Shown here piece by piece: positions 37,498-50,153 of a stretch of 64,000 bases of DNA (its first letter is position 1; each line of letters begins with the position of its first letter). This DNA comes from Chiloscyllium plagiosum (Eukaryota). The stretch is taken from positions 16,646,192 through 16,710,191 of the forward strand of contig NC_057718.1 in the NCBI RefSeq assembly GCF_004010195.1, written 5' to 3'. The notes beneath the pieces were generated by a model, which did no database searches, was not told the origin of the DNA, and saw nothing but the letters and a program-made list of their open reading frames with translations. The translations under genes and the position numbers were made by a program.

Positions 37498-37571
37498 CAT
37501 TTTTGTTTCAAAGATTTAAAGGGCAGGACTTTTAACTGCCCTGAAAGTTTAAATGATGCGGAAAAAATATA

Positions 37572-37930
37572 CAGGTAGACGATCCTTTATCCGAACATCC
37601 AAAATCCAAAAAGCTCTGAAATCCAAAGGTTTTTTTGTGAATTTGTTTCTGATTAACAAGGTTGTCTGGTGAGCAAACAGTTAACCCAAGTTGACACCCA
37701 CTCGATGCGTGTCACTCAGATGCGATGTGGCGGGGGGGGGGGGGGCGCGTGGCCCAGCACTGGCTGGTCTGGATTCTCTCTCAAGGCCTGTTTTTACTTA
37801 GAAGTCTGCTCTTTCAATAAGATTTTTTAAAAATTCACCATTAAACTGTTACTTATTCTGCAATTCGAAAAATTCCAAATTCTGAAAAACAGCTGCTCCC
37901 GAGTATTTTGGATAAAGGATCATCTACCTG
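37572..37930. mobile_element. Tigger/pogo-like MITE (359 bp)
   Basis: TA flanks at 37570-71 and 37931-32; 24-bp TIR CAGGTAGA(C/T)GATCCTTTATCC(G/A)AA. Confidence 0.9.
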
Positions 37931-37964
37931 TACATGGATTGACAGCCTGCAGTGACTGCTACAG

Positions 37965-38395
37965 ATTGTGTGCTTTTTGGGCAAAATAAAATGTATCTGC
38001 AAATATAATTCTGCAAATGCAAATTTTGGAAATAGAACCAGACTTACTCAAAATTGGGATACAGACTGACCCTAATCTCTCACCTTTAATGCACTGTCTG
38101 AGCTGAGTTGTCACCTTTTTTTTAATAAAATCTTAAGTTATCTCAAGGATGTGACTTAAAAGAAGTTCTGGGATTTATATATTAATGAACCACAACCTGC
38201 AACCCATTCTAAAAGATGAAAGACTAAGTAGCAATCTAGGTTTGTTCAATTTATCATTTCAGGTGCATGACACTGTAATCTTTTGCTATAAATTCTGTGC
38301 CTTATGATTCTGTTCCACAGCTACCTGATGAAGGAGCAGCGCTCCAAAAGGTAGTGCTTCCAAATAAAAGCTGGTGTTATATGATTTTTAACTTT
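37965..38395 (+). mobile_element. Longer family B Penelope-like copy
   Basis: Ends in cctgatgaaggagcagcgctccaaaaggtagtgcttccaaataaa...gatttttaacttt; the 5' boundary is uncertain. Confidence 0.55.
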
Positions 38396-38802
38396 GGAAG
38401 TTTAACAGCCACCGTTTGACACTTTTGATAGTTACTTTTCACAGATATAACAGACAGGTATCTTGACAGTTCCAATGAGTTTGACAGTGAATGGGTTTGT
38501 GTACTTTTAGTGCATATTCATGCATTCTATTAACGATTTCAATTTAATTTTGCCACTAAAGGGGACCTAACCACATCCTAAACTATCTCAGAATCACATT
38601 GAAAAGGCTACCTTACAAAGAAATGCATGAAATTCAGACCATGTTTTACCAGGTCTACTTTGTACATTTCCCATTTCACATTCCTTAACCACCAAAATTT
38701 GACTTGAAGGAAGCAGCTGCTGATGTTAAGCTGACTCCAAGAAACAAGCATGTATGAAATATGAACTTTATCGTTGTCATCCCTGCAAAAATGTGAAGAT
38801 AT

Positions 38803-41040
38803 TAAGAACATATTAATTAGGAACAAAAGTGGGCCATTTGGCCCTTTAAGCTTGTCTTGTCATTCTATAAGACCATGGCTGATCTGCTTGTGTTCTATAT
38901 TACACTTTCCTATCTATCTTTGATAATCTACAATTCCCTTGCTGATCACGGATGTATCCACCTCCAGGTTAAAAATATTCTATGATCCCTCCTCTGAAGC
39001 CTTCTAAGGCAGCAGGTTTAAAACTTACGGCTGGCTGAAAGAAAAAAAAATCCCTTTGTCTCTATCCTAAAAGGCACCACCTAATTTTAAAACAGTGTTC
39101 CCTAGTTCTGGACTCACCCATAAAAGTAAATATCACCTTCACGTCCACCTTGTCAAGATCTTTCAGGACCTTATAAATTCTAATCAGACTATTCCTCACT
39201 CTTTAAAATAAATTCAATCAAGCCTGGTCTGTCTAATCCGTTCATTCCAGGTATCAACTTAGCAAAACTCCTCTGAGCCGTTTTCAATTAATTTCCATTC
39301 TTCCTTAAATAAAGTGACCAAACCAGCAAGCTGTGTATGAGATATGATCTTGCCAATGCCCTGTATAACTCAAGGAGAATATTCTTACTTTTATGTTCAA
39401 TTCTTCTTGTAAGAAATGACAGCATTGCATTAGCCTCCTTAATTATCTGTTGTATCTGCAAACTAACTAGCTATCACGCTTTGGTTCCTTCATCTAAACC
39501 ATTGATGATTAAATGTAAAAACTTGAGGTCCACATACATCTGCAGAACACCACTTGTCACATCCTGCCAATCTGAAAAATAACTTCCCTTATGGATACTC
39601 TGTGTTTTCTGTCAACCAGCCAATCCTATGTTTTTACTAGCATTTTACCTCCTATATCATAAGCTCCCCCCTCTCTCAAAAATCTTTTATGTGGAACCTT
39701 GTAAAATGTCTTCTGGAAATCCACGTACAGTATATTAATGGGTTCTCCTCTATCCATAGTGCACACTGCTCCTTCCAACATAAAATTCCAATAAACTGGT
39801 TAAATATGCTGTCTCTTTCACAAAACAATACTGAATTTTTCCAATTAAACTTCTCCGTATAACCAGTTATAACCTTCTTAATGATCAATTCAAACACTTT
39901 CTCCACGATGTCCATCTACCTGGCCTATAATTTCTTATTTTCTGCCTCCATTCCTTCTTCAGTAGAAGAGTTATATTTCTATTTTCCAGTCTAATGAACC
40001 TTTTCAGAATCTAATGAATTTACTACCATGATCTATTTAGATCCACTATCTCAGCCACCTTGTTTAAGATCTTAGAATGAAGTCCTCCGGTATACAGGAG
40101 TCTTACCAATCTATCACACCATCAGTTTGCTCGGTACAGCTTCCCTAGTAATTATAATGTGACCATTTCCCTCTCCGTCATTAACCACCTGATTAACAGG
40201 TATTATTGGGATATATTTTGAATTCTCTATAGTGAAGACAGCAACAGAATACTTATTACAGCTATCAGTTCCTTACTGTCTACTATTAAGTCCTCATTCT
40301 AAATTCTTTAGCAGGCCAATACATACTTTACTTATCCTTTGTTGATACCTATAGAAACTCTTGCCTTTTTTTTTATATTTCTAGTTAGCCTCCTTTCAAG
40401 TTGTAATTTATTTATCTTGATTAACCTTTAGTTATTCTCTGCTATTCATTATAATCTGACCAGTCATCTGACCTGCCACTCACCTTTATGCAATTACATT
40501 TTTTTTTCCTTTTAAAATAAATGAAAGAAGGGTGGATGCTGGAAATCAGAAACAAAAACAGAAATTTCTGGAAAAACTCAGCAAGTGTGGCAGCATCTGT
40601 GGAGAGAAAGCAGAGTTAACATTTCAGGTCCAGTGACCCTACTTCAAAACTCTGAAGAAGGGTCACTGGACGCGAAATGTTAATGCTAATTTCTCCCCAC
40701 AGACCTGCTCAGTTTTTCCAGAAATTTCTGCTTTTTTGTTAGGTTTGTTGCTCTCCTTAACTTCTTTACTTAATCCCTGATGTTGGGACATCCCTTGTAA
40801 TTTTTCTTTGTATTAGGAATATATTTAGTCAGAGTATTCCAAAATATCCCGTTAAATGTCTGCCACTGTTTTTTTATTGATCTATCTCCAAGTATAGTAT
40901 CCTGGTTCACATCGGTTAAGCTCAGCTTTCATGCCCTATGTTAAGTTGAAAATACTATTCCTAGACCCAAAATTTAGATGTATTACAATTGCTGCTGCTT
41001 AGAGATGCCTTTACTCGGAAGTCATTGATTAATCCGGTCA
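38803..41040 (-). mobile_element. Old CR1 (degraded, internal deletions)
   Basis: Tail aagaacatattaattaggaacaaaagtgggccatt; minus-strand DWQDVTSGV and YVDFQKTFYKVPH motifs. Confidence 0.8.
40532..40740. mobile_element. Penelope-like palindromic insertion (family C)
   Basis: Inverted arms around ctgaagaagggtcactggacgcgaaatgtt. Confidence 0.72.
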
Positions 41041-41149
41041 GAGTGTTTGAGCGTTAGCCATGTGAATTCTGGAATTGACCATTGTTTTCACCATAATAAA
41101 GAGCATTTGTTATGATGAAAATCCAGAGTTATGACACTTATGCTTAGAT

Positions 41150-43165
41150 TATAGTGAGTTCTGGATTTCCCTGGAGTATTGCTTACATTTTGGTCCCCTT
41201 GCTTGAAGAGGGTTGCAGTTGCATTAGAGGAAGTTTAGAGAAAATTCATCAAGCTGACTCCAAAGATGAAGAGTTTATCTTGTGGAGAGAGATTGAGCAA
41301 GTTAGGTCAATACTCTCTCGAATTGAATTGAATTGAATTTTTTGTTACGTGTATCAAGGCACAGTGAAAAGCTTTGTCTTGTGAGTAATACAGGCAGATC
41401 AAAAATATAAGTAGCATAGATAAGTAAATAAAAGGTAAACAGCAGTAAAAACAAAAACACAGGTATACTGTATAAGTGAATGTTAGGAGTTTGAGAGTCC
41501 ATTGAGTATTCTAACAACAGGAGAGTAGAAACTGTTTCAAAACCGGCTGGTGCGTGTGTTCATGGTTCTGTACCTTCTCCTCGATGGTAGAGGCGGTAGA
41601 AAAATATTGCCAGGGTGGGATGGATCTTTGAGAATGCTGGCAGCCTTTCCTTGACAGCGGGCCTGGTAGATGGATTCTATAGATGGGAGGTTGGCCTTTG
41701 TGATTGTCTGGGCCGAGTTCACCACTCTCTGTAACGTCTCCGATCTTGAATAGTACAGTTGCCATACCAGATAGTGATACATCCAGAAAGAATGCTCTCG
41801 ATGGTGCACCTATAAAAGTTGGCAAGGGTATTCGCCACCATGCCAAATTTCCTCAGCTGCCTGAGGAAGAAGAGATGTTATTGGGTGTTTGTAACCAGTG
41901 CATCCACATAAAGAGTCCAAGAAAGCTTGTTGTGGATGACCACTTCCAAGAGCTTGACAGTCTCCATTGTTCCACCTCTGTGCTGTTAATGTGTAGGAGG
42001 GCATGAGTAATATCCAGTGAAAGTCAATAATGAGTTCCTTGGTTTTGCCAGCATTGAGAGTTAGGTTGTTCTCAGTGCACCATTTTTCCAGGTCTTCCAC
42101 CTCCAATCTGTAGTTTGTTTCGTCACCATCTGAGATTCGACTGACTATGGTGATGTCATCAGTGGATTTGTAAATGGCATTAATCTGGTATTTGGCGATG
42201 CACTCATGGGTATACAGTGAGTACAATAGGGGGCTGAGTACGGACCCCTGGGGGCTCCAGTGTTGAGTGAGGATGAAATATTGTCCCCAGTCTTCACTGA
42301 TTATGGCCTGTGGGTCAGGAAACCAAGGATCCAGTTGCAGAGAGTGGAGCTCTGCAACTGGTCACTAAGTTTAGTAATCAGTCTTGAGGGGATAGTAGTG
42401 TTGAAGGCTGAACTGTAGTCAATGAGTAGGATTCTTATGTAGCTGTTCTTGGTGTCAAGATGTTCTCAGGAGGAGTGAAGGGCAAGGGATATGGCATCTG
42501 ACGTGGATCTGTTGGTCCAATAGGCAAGTTGGAGTGGGTCAAGAGTAGTGGGGAGGCTGGAGTTGATTAATGCCATGACTAGACTTTCAAAGCACTTCAT
42601 AACCACCGAAGTTAGGGCCACTGGTAGTAGTCATTGAGACATGCTGCATGAGCCTTCTTAGGCACAGGGATGATGTTGGTCTTCTTGAAACAGGCAGGGA
42701 CAGTGGCCTGCTACAGGGAGAGGTTGAAGATGTCTGAGAAGACCTCTGCCAGTTGATTTGTGCATGCCCTGAATGCACAGCCTGGTACTCCATCTGGTCC
42801 CATCGCTTTCCTTGGATTCGAGTTTAGAAGAATGAGAACAGATCTAATTGAGATATATAAGATGCAAAAGGGGATTGACAAAGTAGAAGTAGAGAGGATT
42901 TTTATCTTGTGGGGCAATCTAAAATGAGAGGTCATAGTTTTAGGATAGGGGCTAGCAGATTTAAAACAGACATGAGGAGTAATTACTTCTCTCAAAGGGG
43001 CACGGATCTGTGGAATTCACTGCTCCAGAGTGTGGTGGACACATTGTGTAAATTTAAGGATTTTTGATTATTAATGGGCTGAAGAGTTATGAACAGCAGA
43101 CAGGAAAATTAGTTGAGGAGGAGATCAGATCAGCCATGATTATACTGAATGACAAAGCAGGTTTG
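41150..43165 (+). mobile_element. CR1 3' end split by a Rex1 (pieces 41150-41321 and 42817-43165)
   Basis: LGQYSL | EFRRMRTDLIEIYK continuity across the insert; tcga at both junctions. Confidence 0.8.
41322..42815 (-). mobile_element. Rex1-like LINE, 5'-truncated
   Basis: PRKAMGPDGVPG, DIFNLSL, YSLYTHEC motifs; (attca)n tail at 41322; same subfamily as 34116-35055. Confidence 0.92.
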
Positions 43166-44595
43166 ATGGAGAGCATTTTTCTTATGCTCTCCATCCAGGA
43201 GAAACATCTTTCCAGTACCTGCTCTGACAAGTCCTTTAAGAAATGTATACATTTCAAAGAGGTAATCTTTTATATTCTTTTTACTTGATTCAAACTCTAC
43301 TCCAGTGTAATTTGAACAAGTACTCCTATGTGAGTCAATGCATTGTGCTGCACAGTAAAGTCTATAACTCGACAGTAAACATCAACAATTAGGAACAGAA
43401 AAAATATTATTTAATCAATAACTCACCAACCCAGCACATGACTCAATCCTTCATCTCTTCAGAAATCACTACATTGGCTCTTGAACCATTAATTTTGGTG
43501 ACCTTCCCAGTGAAATCTTTTCCAATTCTACTATATTTTATGGAAAAGCATTTATATCTCAACACCTGAAATCATGCTCTTTAACCTCATTTGTGAAGAA
43601 TAACTTACTTAGATCTTTCAATTTAATTTAAAGTAATTAATAGTGATAATTTCTGATCTAAAAAAATGCCAAGCTTAGACTGCATATGCTATATTATTCA
43701 GAGGCATAATCCTCAAATCCCTTTCAAGTCAGAATTATGATCTTGCCAGCCTTTTAGAAGGGCACTAGGGCACTATCCTAAATTAAAACAAAAGGTCAGT
43801 TGTGCTTGCAGATTTAGAATACTCCAGATTCTATCATGGATATGAATCAAGAAATTTCATAGCTTCACAGTGCCTAAAGATATTATATGGGAATGGTTAT
43901 GACATAATGGAAAATTGAAAGCATTTTCAGATTTTTAAAAAAGAATAAAAGAGGTAAAATGAATCAGATGGAGACATTTTAAGTTGATTTGAGATGGGAA
44001 ACTCAGTGGGCTCAGGGTTAAATGATATTCTGAAAACTGAGTTAACTTTCAACAGGAATAGAAATCAAGAGTAAAAGGAGGAGAGGCATTGTCCTAAAGC
44101 TAGATATTCACTAGCAATAGCTGAATTATGGTGAATTTATGAAATAAAAGAATATCATCTGCAGAAGATGGAACAAAGCTGCTAGACCACATCTGTTAAA
44201 GATATTTGGTGGAATCACATGGAGGTAATGGGGGTCTTGGCTGCTACCTAGACAGCTGGCCAGAGCCCCACATTACCTCTTTCAAGGAATGATTGCTGCA
44301 TCCTCTTCACCTCAGGTATTTGATAGCCTTTCCCTGGTACCACTACTTCAAATGACAGTGAGGTAACGAGTGCTGGCCACACACCTGAGGCCTGGGATCA
44401 TCACTGGATCACAAGCCATAGATGAGTGATAGTTAGAGTTGGGTCATCTTGGGTGTGGAGGAGGAAGGAGATGGGGCAGAGTAACGGTGGTGAGGTTTGA
44501 CACATGTGGGGACTGGCTCTCAGCAGGCCATGTGGGAATGGTCAAAATGTTAGTACCTGTTCTTCTTAACTGCAGCTGGCTAAATATGTTCAAAG

Positions 44596-44683
44596 CTGAA
44601 AATGTGTTGCTGGAAAAGCGCAGCAGGTCAGACAGCATCAAGGAACAGGAGAATCGCCATTTCGGGCTTAAGCCCTTCTTCAG
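44596..44683 (-). mobile_element. Penelope-like short insertion (family A), 14-bp TSD
   Basis: TSD aaatatgttcaaag at 44582-44595 and 44684-44697; the insert begins exactly at CTGAAGA. Confidence 0.8.
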
Positions 44684-45214
44684 AAATATGTTCAAAGTTG
44701 CATGATCTAAGTTAGTCTTTGCTACTTCATTCAAGTTACTCAGCATGTCAGAATTTGACAAGTTGTTTTATCACCAGCAGATATGAAGATATCAATAAGC
44801 TATAAGGGAGATGGGAGGAGGAGTAAACTTTATATTTTGAAATATAAATAGTTCTCTCCTGAGGTTGACTACAATTGAAATATTTTGAAGTAGCAATTGC
44901 ATTTATCCCTTATGTGTTGAAAGTATTAACTTACTAGAAAATTTTCATTTATGGCACTGTTGCGCTCTGTTACCTTACCTGATAGGCCAACAATATCCAG
45001 TCTTACTTATAACTTTAGCAAATATTAAAATGCTTTAACATTTTAGCAATGTGACTGATTAATCAATTGAAGTTTTTCATTTGTTTGTGCAGCTTTACAT
45101 TGATTAAAAGTAATTGGTTAAGATATGTAAAAAAAATGCATAATTTTACAAACTAAAGTGCATGAATACAGCCTCTGAAACATTCTAGTGTCAAAAAGAA
45201 TCTGTTGTAATCCC

Positions 45215-45612
45215 TGTCTTTGTAGTAGTACTCTCATTTCTGAGTCAGAGGTTTACACATTCTAGTCGAATTCTAGAGTCCTAACCTAGGATGACTCTTC
45301 AATGAAGTTCTGAGAGTGCTACACTTCTGGGTAAGATGTTAATCTGAGGCTCTTCATATCCTCTCAGTTCAACATAAAAATCTTCTCTTACTTTGAGGTA
45401 CTTGGCTGTACACCAATTTGGCTATTGTATGTCTCTGCATTAGAATAGTGAGTTAGGAATCACACAACACCAGACTATAGTCCAACAGGTTTATTTGGAA
45501 GCACTAGCTTTCATAGCGCTGCTCTTTCATCAGGTGATTGCACTTCAAAAGTACTTCATTGGCTGTAGAGGACTTTGAAATATCCTGAGCTCATGAAAGG
45601 TGCTATATAAAC
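45215..45612 (+). mobile_element. Deu-domain SINE containing a family B Penelope-like insert (45457-45540, minus strand)
   Basis: cacttcaaaagtacttcattggctgta...gaaaggtgctatataaa tail; insert tccaacaggtttatttggaagcactagctttc...catcagg. Confidence 0.65.
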
Positions 45613-47434
45613 ACTAAAATGACCCTGGGTCTTTTAAATTGACTCAAAAATCTTTGATAATTCATTCATATTGTCAGTTCGCTTTGAAATGTTATCATTT
45701 GACCTGAATGGATGAGTTAAATTGACAGTCATATCACCACAAAAGATCTGTCCATTCGAAGGTCTCCAAAATCAGTTTCATACAGAAATACAAAGTGTTT
45801 AATTTCCTCTTGAGAAAAAAATGCTTTTTTCACTTTGAATAATATCCTGCACTTTGCATCAAAAAGGCCATTAGAAGTTATCCAATCAAAAGTAGAACAT
45901 TAGCACATGATTGTGTAAAAAATTAAAATGCACACAGAAAAGAACATCCTCAAATGATTAATTCCTTTCAAGTTATCATTTTCAATTTTGCATATGAGGC
46001 AGACAGGAGGATATTGGACAATGCCACGAAAAAAACTATTTTTATTCTGATGAACATAATCATCAAAGAAACACAAGCACAAAATTAAGAGATCATCTCT
46101 CCTGCATTTGCGATCATAGCTCCACTTCCAATTTTAACAACTCTCAAGTTGATAAAAAAAATTAATATAAAACAGCATTATGGGGAAATATCATCATTGC
46201 TTCATGATAATTCCTGTGACATTCAAATCTCATTGATTGCATCAGAATGCCATAGAGAGAAGTTCTATGTTTGAACTATATTTCCACAGATACACCAGTG
46301 ATCCACAATTGTAAACCAAAAATAAAATGCCAGGAATAAACAAGCATATGCAGAGTCTTAAATAGAGGGCTGGTAATCAGTTGACTAACAGTCATAATTA
46401 CTAAATAAAACAATCAGTAAATATGGCATGGAAATGAATAACTATATTTTGAGCATGTGTCAGTTGGATATTCTAGTGAATGCTTTTATTTTAGGTATTT
46501 CTTAATTTACAAGACATCAGAATTATATTACCCGATGCTTGACCTCATAAATTCAAACAAGCACAGTATTTTAATATTACATCCCTAGGCATAATTAGGA
46601 AAGTCATCCAACCAGACAATTATTTCTGTGCTGTGGACCCGAAGGACACTTCTTCCACATTCCAGCACAGAAAACAACAGGCTTTTTCAGGTTTTGCGGA
46701 CTAGGATATTTTATCCCTACAAGCTCTACCATCTGGTCTAGTTTCAGACCATCAGGCAATTAAAGGTAAATTTTTGCAGCAGTTGCAGCTCATCTCTGGT
46801 TTCTGGGTATCCATAATTCCACATGTATCTGGATGACTGGTTAATCAGCTATAAAGCAGACATATCAGCATCAGAAATTAAGTGCTTATTCAAACCTTCC
46901 CTCATCCTTATTTTCAATTTCCAGAAATCTCGCCTCATACTCTTGTAAAGCATGATGTTTACAACAACTAGATTTCTAACAGATGAAGAATGAGATTTGC
47001 CTGAGGAGGTTAGGTTGAAGTGTATGTACTGTACAGTCTGCCTCTTCAATTCTGCTTAATGAGTTAAAACCAGAAGGGTCTTACATCTGTTGTGCCTTAG
47101 CACGGCATTCAGTTATAGTCTCTCTTCCACATCAAAATAACTTTTTCTAGTTGTTACCTCAATAGTTTTCTCCTCACACAAAGCATTTTTTGTTTCTCTT
47201 GTGTTATAGATAAGCTCTCTTCCTGTCCCCTTACAAAACTCAGTAAAAACAAAGTTCATATTGTTTGTACCATTAACAGCTATTTAATTTATCTGTTCAG
47301 TAAAGTTCAAGTAACTTGCTTTTTTGGTGCACTAAATGCAGATGAAGGAATATTAATAGTCAGATGAAACTTAACATGCCTAAACAAGAAGGAACATATT
47401 CTCATGAACAGTGCTGAACATATTACCCTCTTTT

Positions 47435-47641
47435 CTAGATTAGAGTGGTGTTGGAAAAGCACAGTTCAGGCAGCATCCAAGGAGCAGTAAAATCGACATT
47501 TCGGGCAAAAGCCTGATGAAGGGCTTTTGCCCAAAACGTCAATTTTACTGCTCCTCGGATGCTGCCTGAACTGCTGTGCTTTTCCAGCACCACTCTAATC
47601 TAGAATCTGGTTTCCATCATCTGCAGTCCTTGTTTTTACCT
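47435..47641. mobile_element. Penelope-like palindromic insertion (family A variant), 15-bp TSD
   Basis: TSD atattaccctctttt at 47420-47434 and 47642-47656; ~80-bp inverted arms centred on ctgatgaagg. Confidence 0.82.
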
Positions 47642-48922
47642 ATATTACCCTCTTTTGTTGAGTTGGATACAGGGGAACAGCAATATTTTCAGTGCCTTTC
47701 TCAAAAAGGAAATGTTTTCTGCTTACATGGATAATAAATTCATCTGAAGATCTGAGCCAGAATTTAAGAAATTCCAGTAGCCAGTTTTATTCTTTCAATT
47801 CTTGTTCACCTTGCACTTAATTACAAAATGAATTCCCAAACAGTCTTCATGTAACCCTGACAATTTTAATTTACTAAGAATGGCCTCATTAAATTTTCAG
47901 CAGCCTCAACCAGAGAGCACCTTTTTTTACACATATATACAAACAGAATCAAAAAAAGGATTTTTCTTTTGCCTCAACTAGTCATTTTATCTTCCTTTCA
48001 GGAATGTTGAAAGCTTATTGTTTGCCTGTCAGTGAATCTGGCATGTCTAGGACGTCCATATTCATAAATGCTAAGTAGATGAGTTTTGATGGAGCTTTAA
48101 AATGTAATCTGCTTTTAGCTTCCTTCCAAACATTGTTGCATGCTCCTGTCTTCAGTTAATGCTCCTTTTTTTATTCTTTTGCGTAAATGCTACCATCTTT
48201 TAATGGAGCCCGTGCATTTATTTTGTTAGGAGTCGCACATAGTAGGACTTCACATTTTTTTTCCTGCACAATCAAAGTGTATAACTCAGCAGATGTTGAT
48301 GAATGTTTCAACAGACTACTTGTACAGCTTCCAAAAGGAAACTATAGCAGGATAAAAGGTCATGCAAATATCTTTCTAAACTTTATCTCGCAGTTGTAAA
48401 ATTAGCAATCTTCAGCAAAAACATAACACAAACCATTGAAAATGGTGTTAAATTCTAAGTGTGATAAGAGGAAATCAGTTCTGACATATGCTGAAGATGT
48501 GGTGAAATGTTTTGAGTTACTATAGCGGCACATTTTGATGCAAACAAGCCTATTTTGAAAAGAATCCCAGACAAGGCAACTCAGTTGAAGTCTGGTGAAA
48601 GTTAATCATGATTTGAGATTCTGAGATAACAAACTAGTCGTCAGCATAAAGAATATATAGACAAGTAGCTAGAACCATTATTGGGTGTCGTAAGGTAAGT
48701 TATTGTTATAGTGTGTTGTGAGAAACCAATTACAAAGTGTTTGGTCAAATATTAATAACTTTGTAAATGGTTTCCTCATGTTTGAAAAGAAATAACTGAA
48801 GTATTAATTATTCTTTATGGACAAACAGAGGAAGGGACAACATTCCAGGTATGATAATCAAGGGAACCAAACAGGTTTCATTGTACAAATGGTAAAAGGA
48901 TACCAATAACCCTAATGTACCA

Positions 48923-49160
48923 GCTTTGGCTCATTTGGTAGCATGCTCACCTCTGAACTAAAAAGCTGTGAGTTCAATTCACAGTCCTGAGATTTCAAAA
49001 CCTTGTCTGATGCTTCAACACAGTACAATACTAAAGGAGCACTATACTGTCAGAGATGCTGTTTTTGGATGAAAGGTTAAACTGATGTGCTGTCTACCTT
49101 TTCAAATGACCATACAAGATGTCACAATATTACTTAATGAGCAGGGGAATCCTCCACAAC
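48923..49160 (+). mobile_element. Deu-domain SINE, 5' part
   Basis: tggctcatttggtagc A box, gagttcaattc B box, Deu-like ctgtcagagatgctgtttttggatgaaaggttaaa. Confidence 0.65.
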
Positions 49161-49759
49161 AACCAATGGATCACTGTGATCTTCTCTAGTCTCATGCATT
49201 TGTGAGCTGGGGAAAGCCAAAGTCAGCCTCAATGCCTTCCAAAATTGAATTGAGTCTGATTAGTGCTCAATCTCTACACGTCTGAATATTTGAATATTGT
49301 GGTAAAATATTTCCAGTGAAACTGGAAACTGCGCTCAGTAATAAACACCATGGATGGACGAAAGAAAAAATTAGTGGGAAGAGGAACTTTGATGTTATGC
49401 CAATGATTTGACACTCACAACTCATGCATATACAGAGTTTCATGTGAAACTCAGATTTTTCCAATGGTTTTTACTATGTAACAATGGCTGATGACAAGGA
49501 AATGCAAGGAAATTAATTATTTTCTTTCTTTTGTCAAGTAGTATTGAAAAAAATGATTAAAAATGACATGATTGATTTATTACTAGATAAACAACTATGC
49601 AGAGCTAACATGACTATTCAGATAAATACTTTAAAGGAATACAATTAGATCTAAAAAATTAATTCTAGTTTAGATTGATTATTATTTTACTTTAATAGCC
49701 ACTTTCAAGCATAAATAGGAGACAACATAATGATTCAAACAAAAGAAATATGTGATGTA

Positions 49760-50153
49760 TTGATTTTAAAATTTTCATTCTTGTTTTCAAATCCCTCAAT
49801 GACATTACACCTCGTTATCTCTGAAATTGTCTCCAGCATCACACTCTATGCTTAACTAATTTTCGCCTCTTGACCATCCCTGATTTTAATTTTTCCACCA
49901 GTCGTGTTCATTCCATCAGCCACCTCGCCCTATGCTCTAGAAATCCTTCGCAAATCTCTTCACCTCTCTTATTCCTTTAAGACACTACTTAAAACATAAC
50001 TCTTTGGCCAAATCTTTGACCAAGCATTTGGCCATCTGCCCTAATAGCACCTTATGTGGCTCCTTGTTAAATTTGATTTATAATGTCTTTCAAAGCACCT
50101 AAAGATCATTTTACTATGATAAAGATGCCAAATCAGTACAAGTTGCTGCTGTT
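49760..50153 (+). mobile_element. L2 LINE 3' end
   Basis: DFKIFILVFKSL..PRYL and FKTLLKT.LF motifs; tail caagttgctgctgtt. Confidence 0.75.

Noticed and set aside
46896..46975. Minus-strand AG/GT-bounded 80-nt segment reading ...RFLEIENKDEG, superficially like the end of the preceding SDCCAG8 exon (DLEIKDQ)
   Set aside because: No similarity over the rest of the segment, weak donor, and it ends in phase 2 whereas the next exon needs phase 0.
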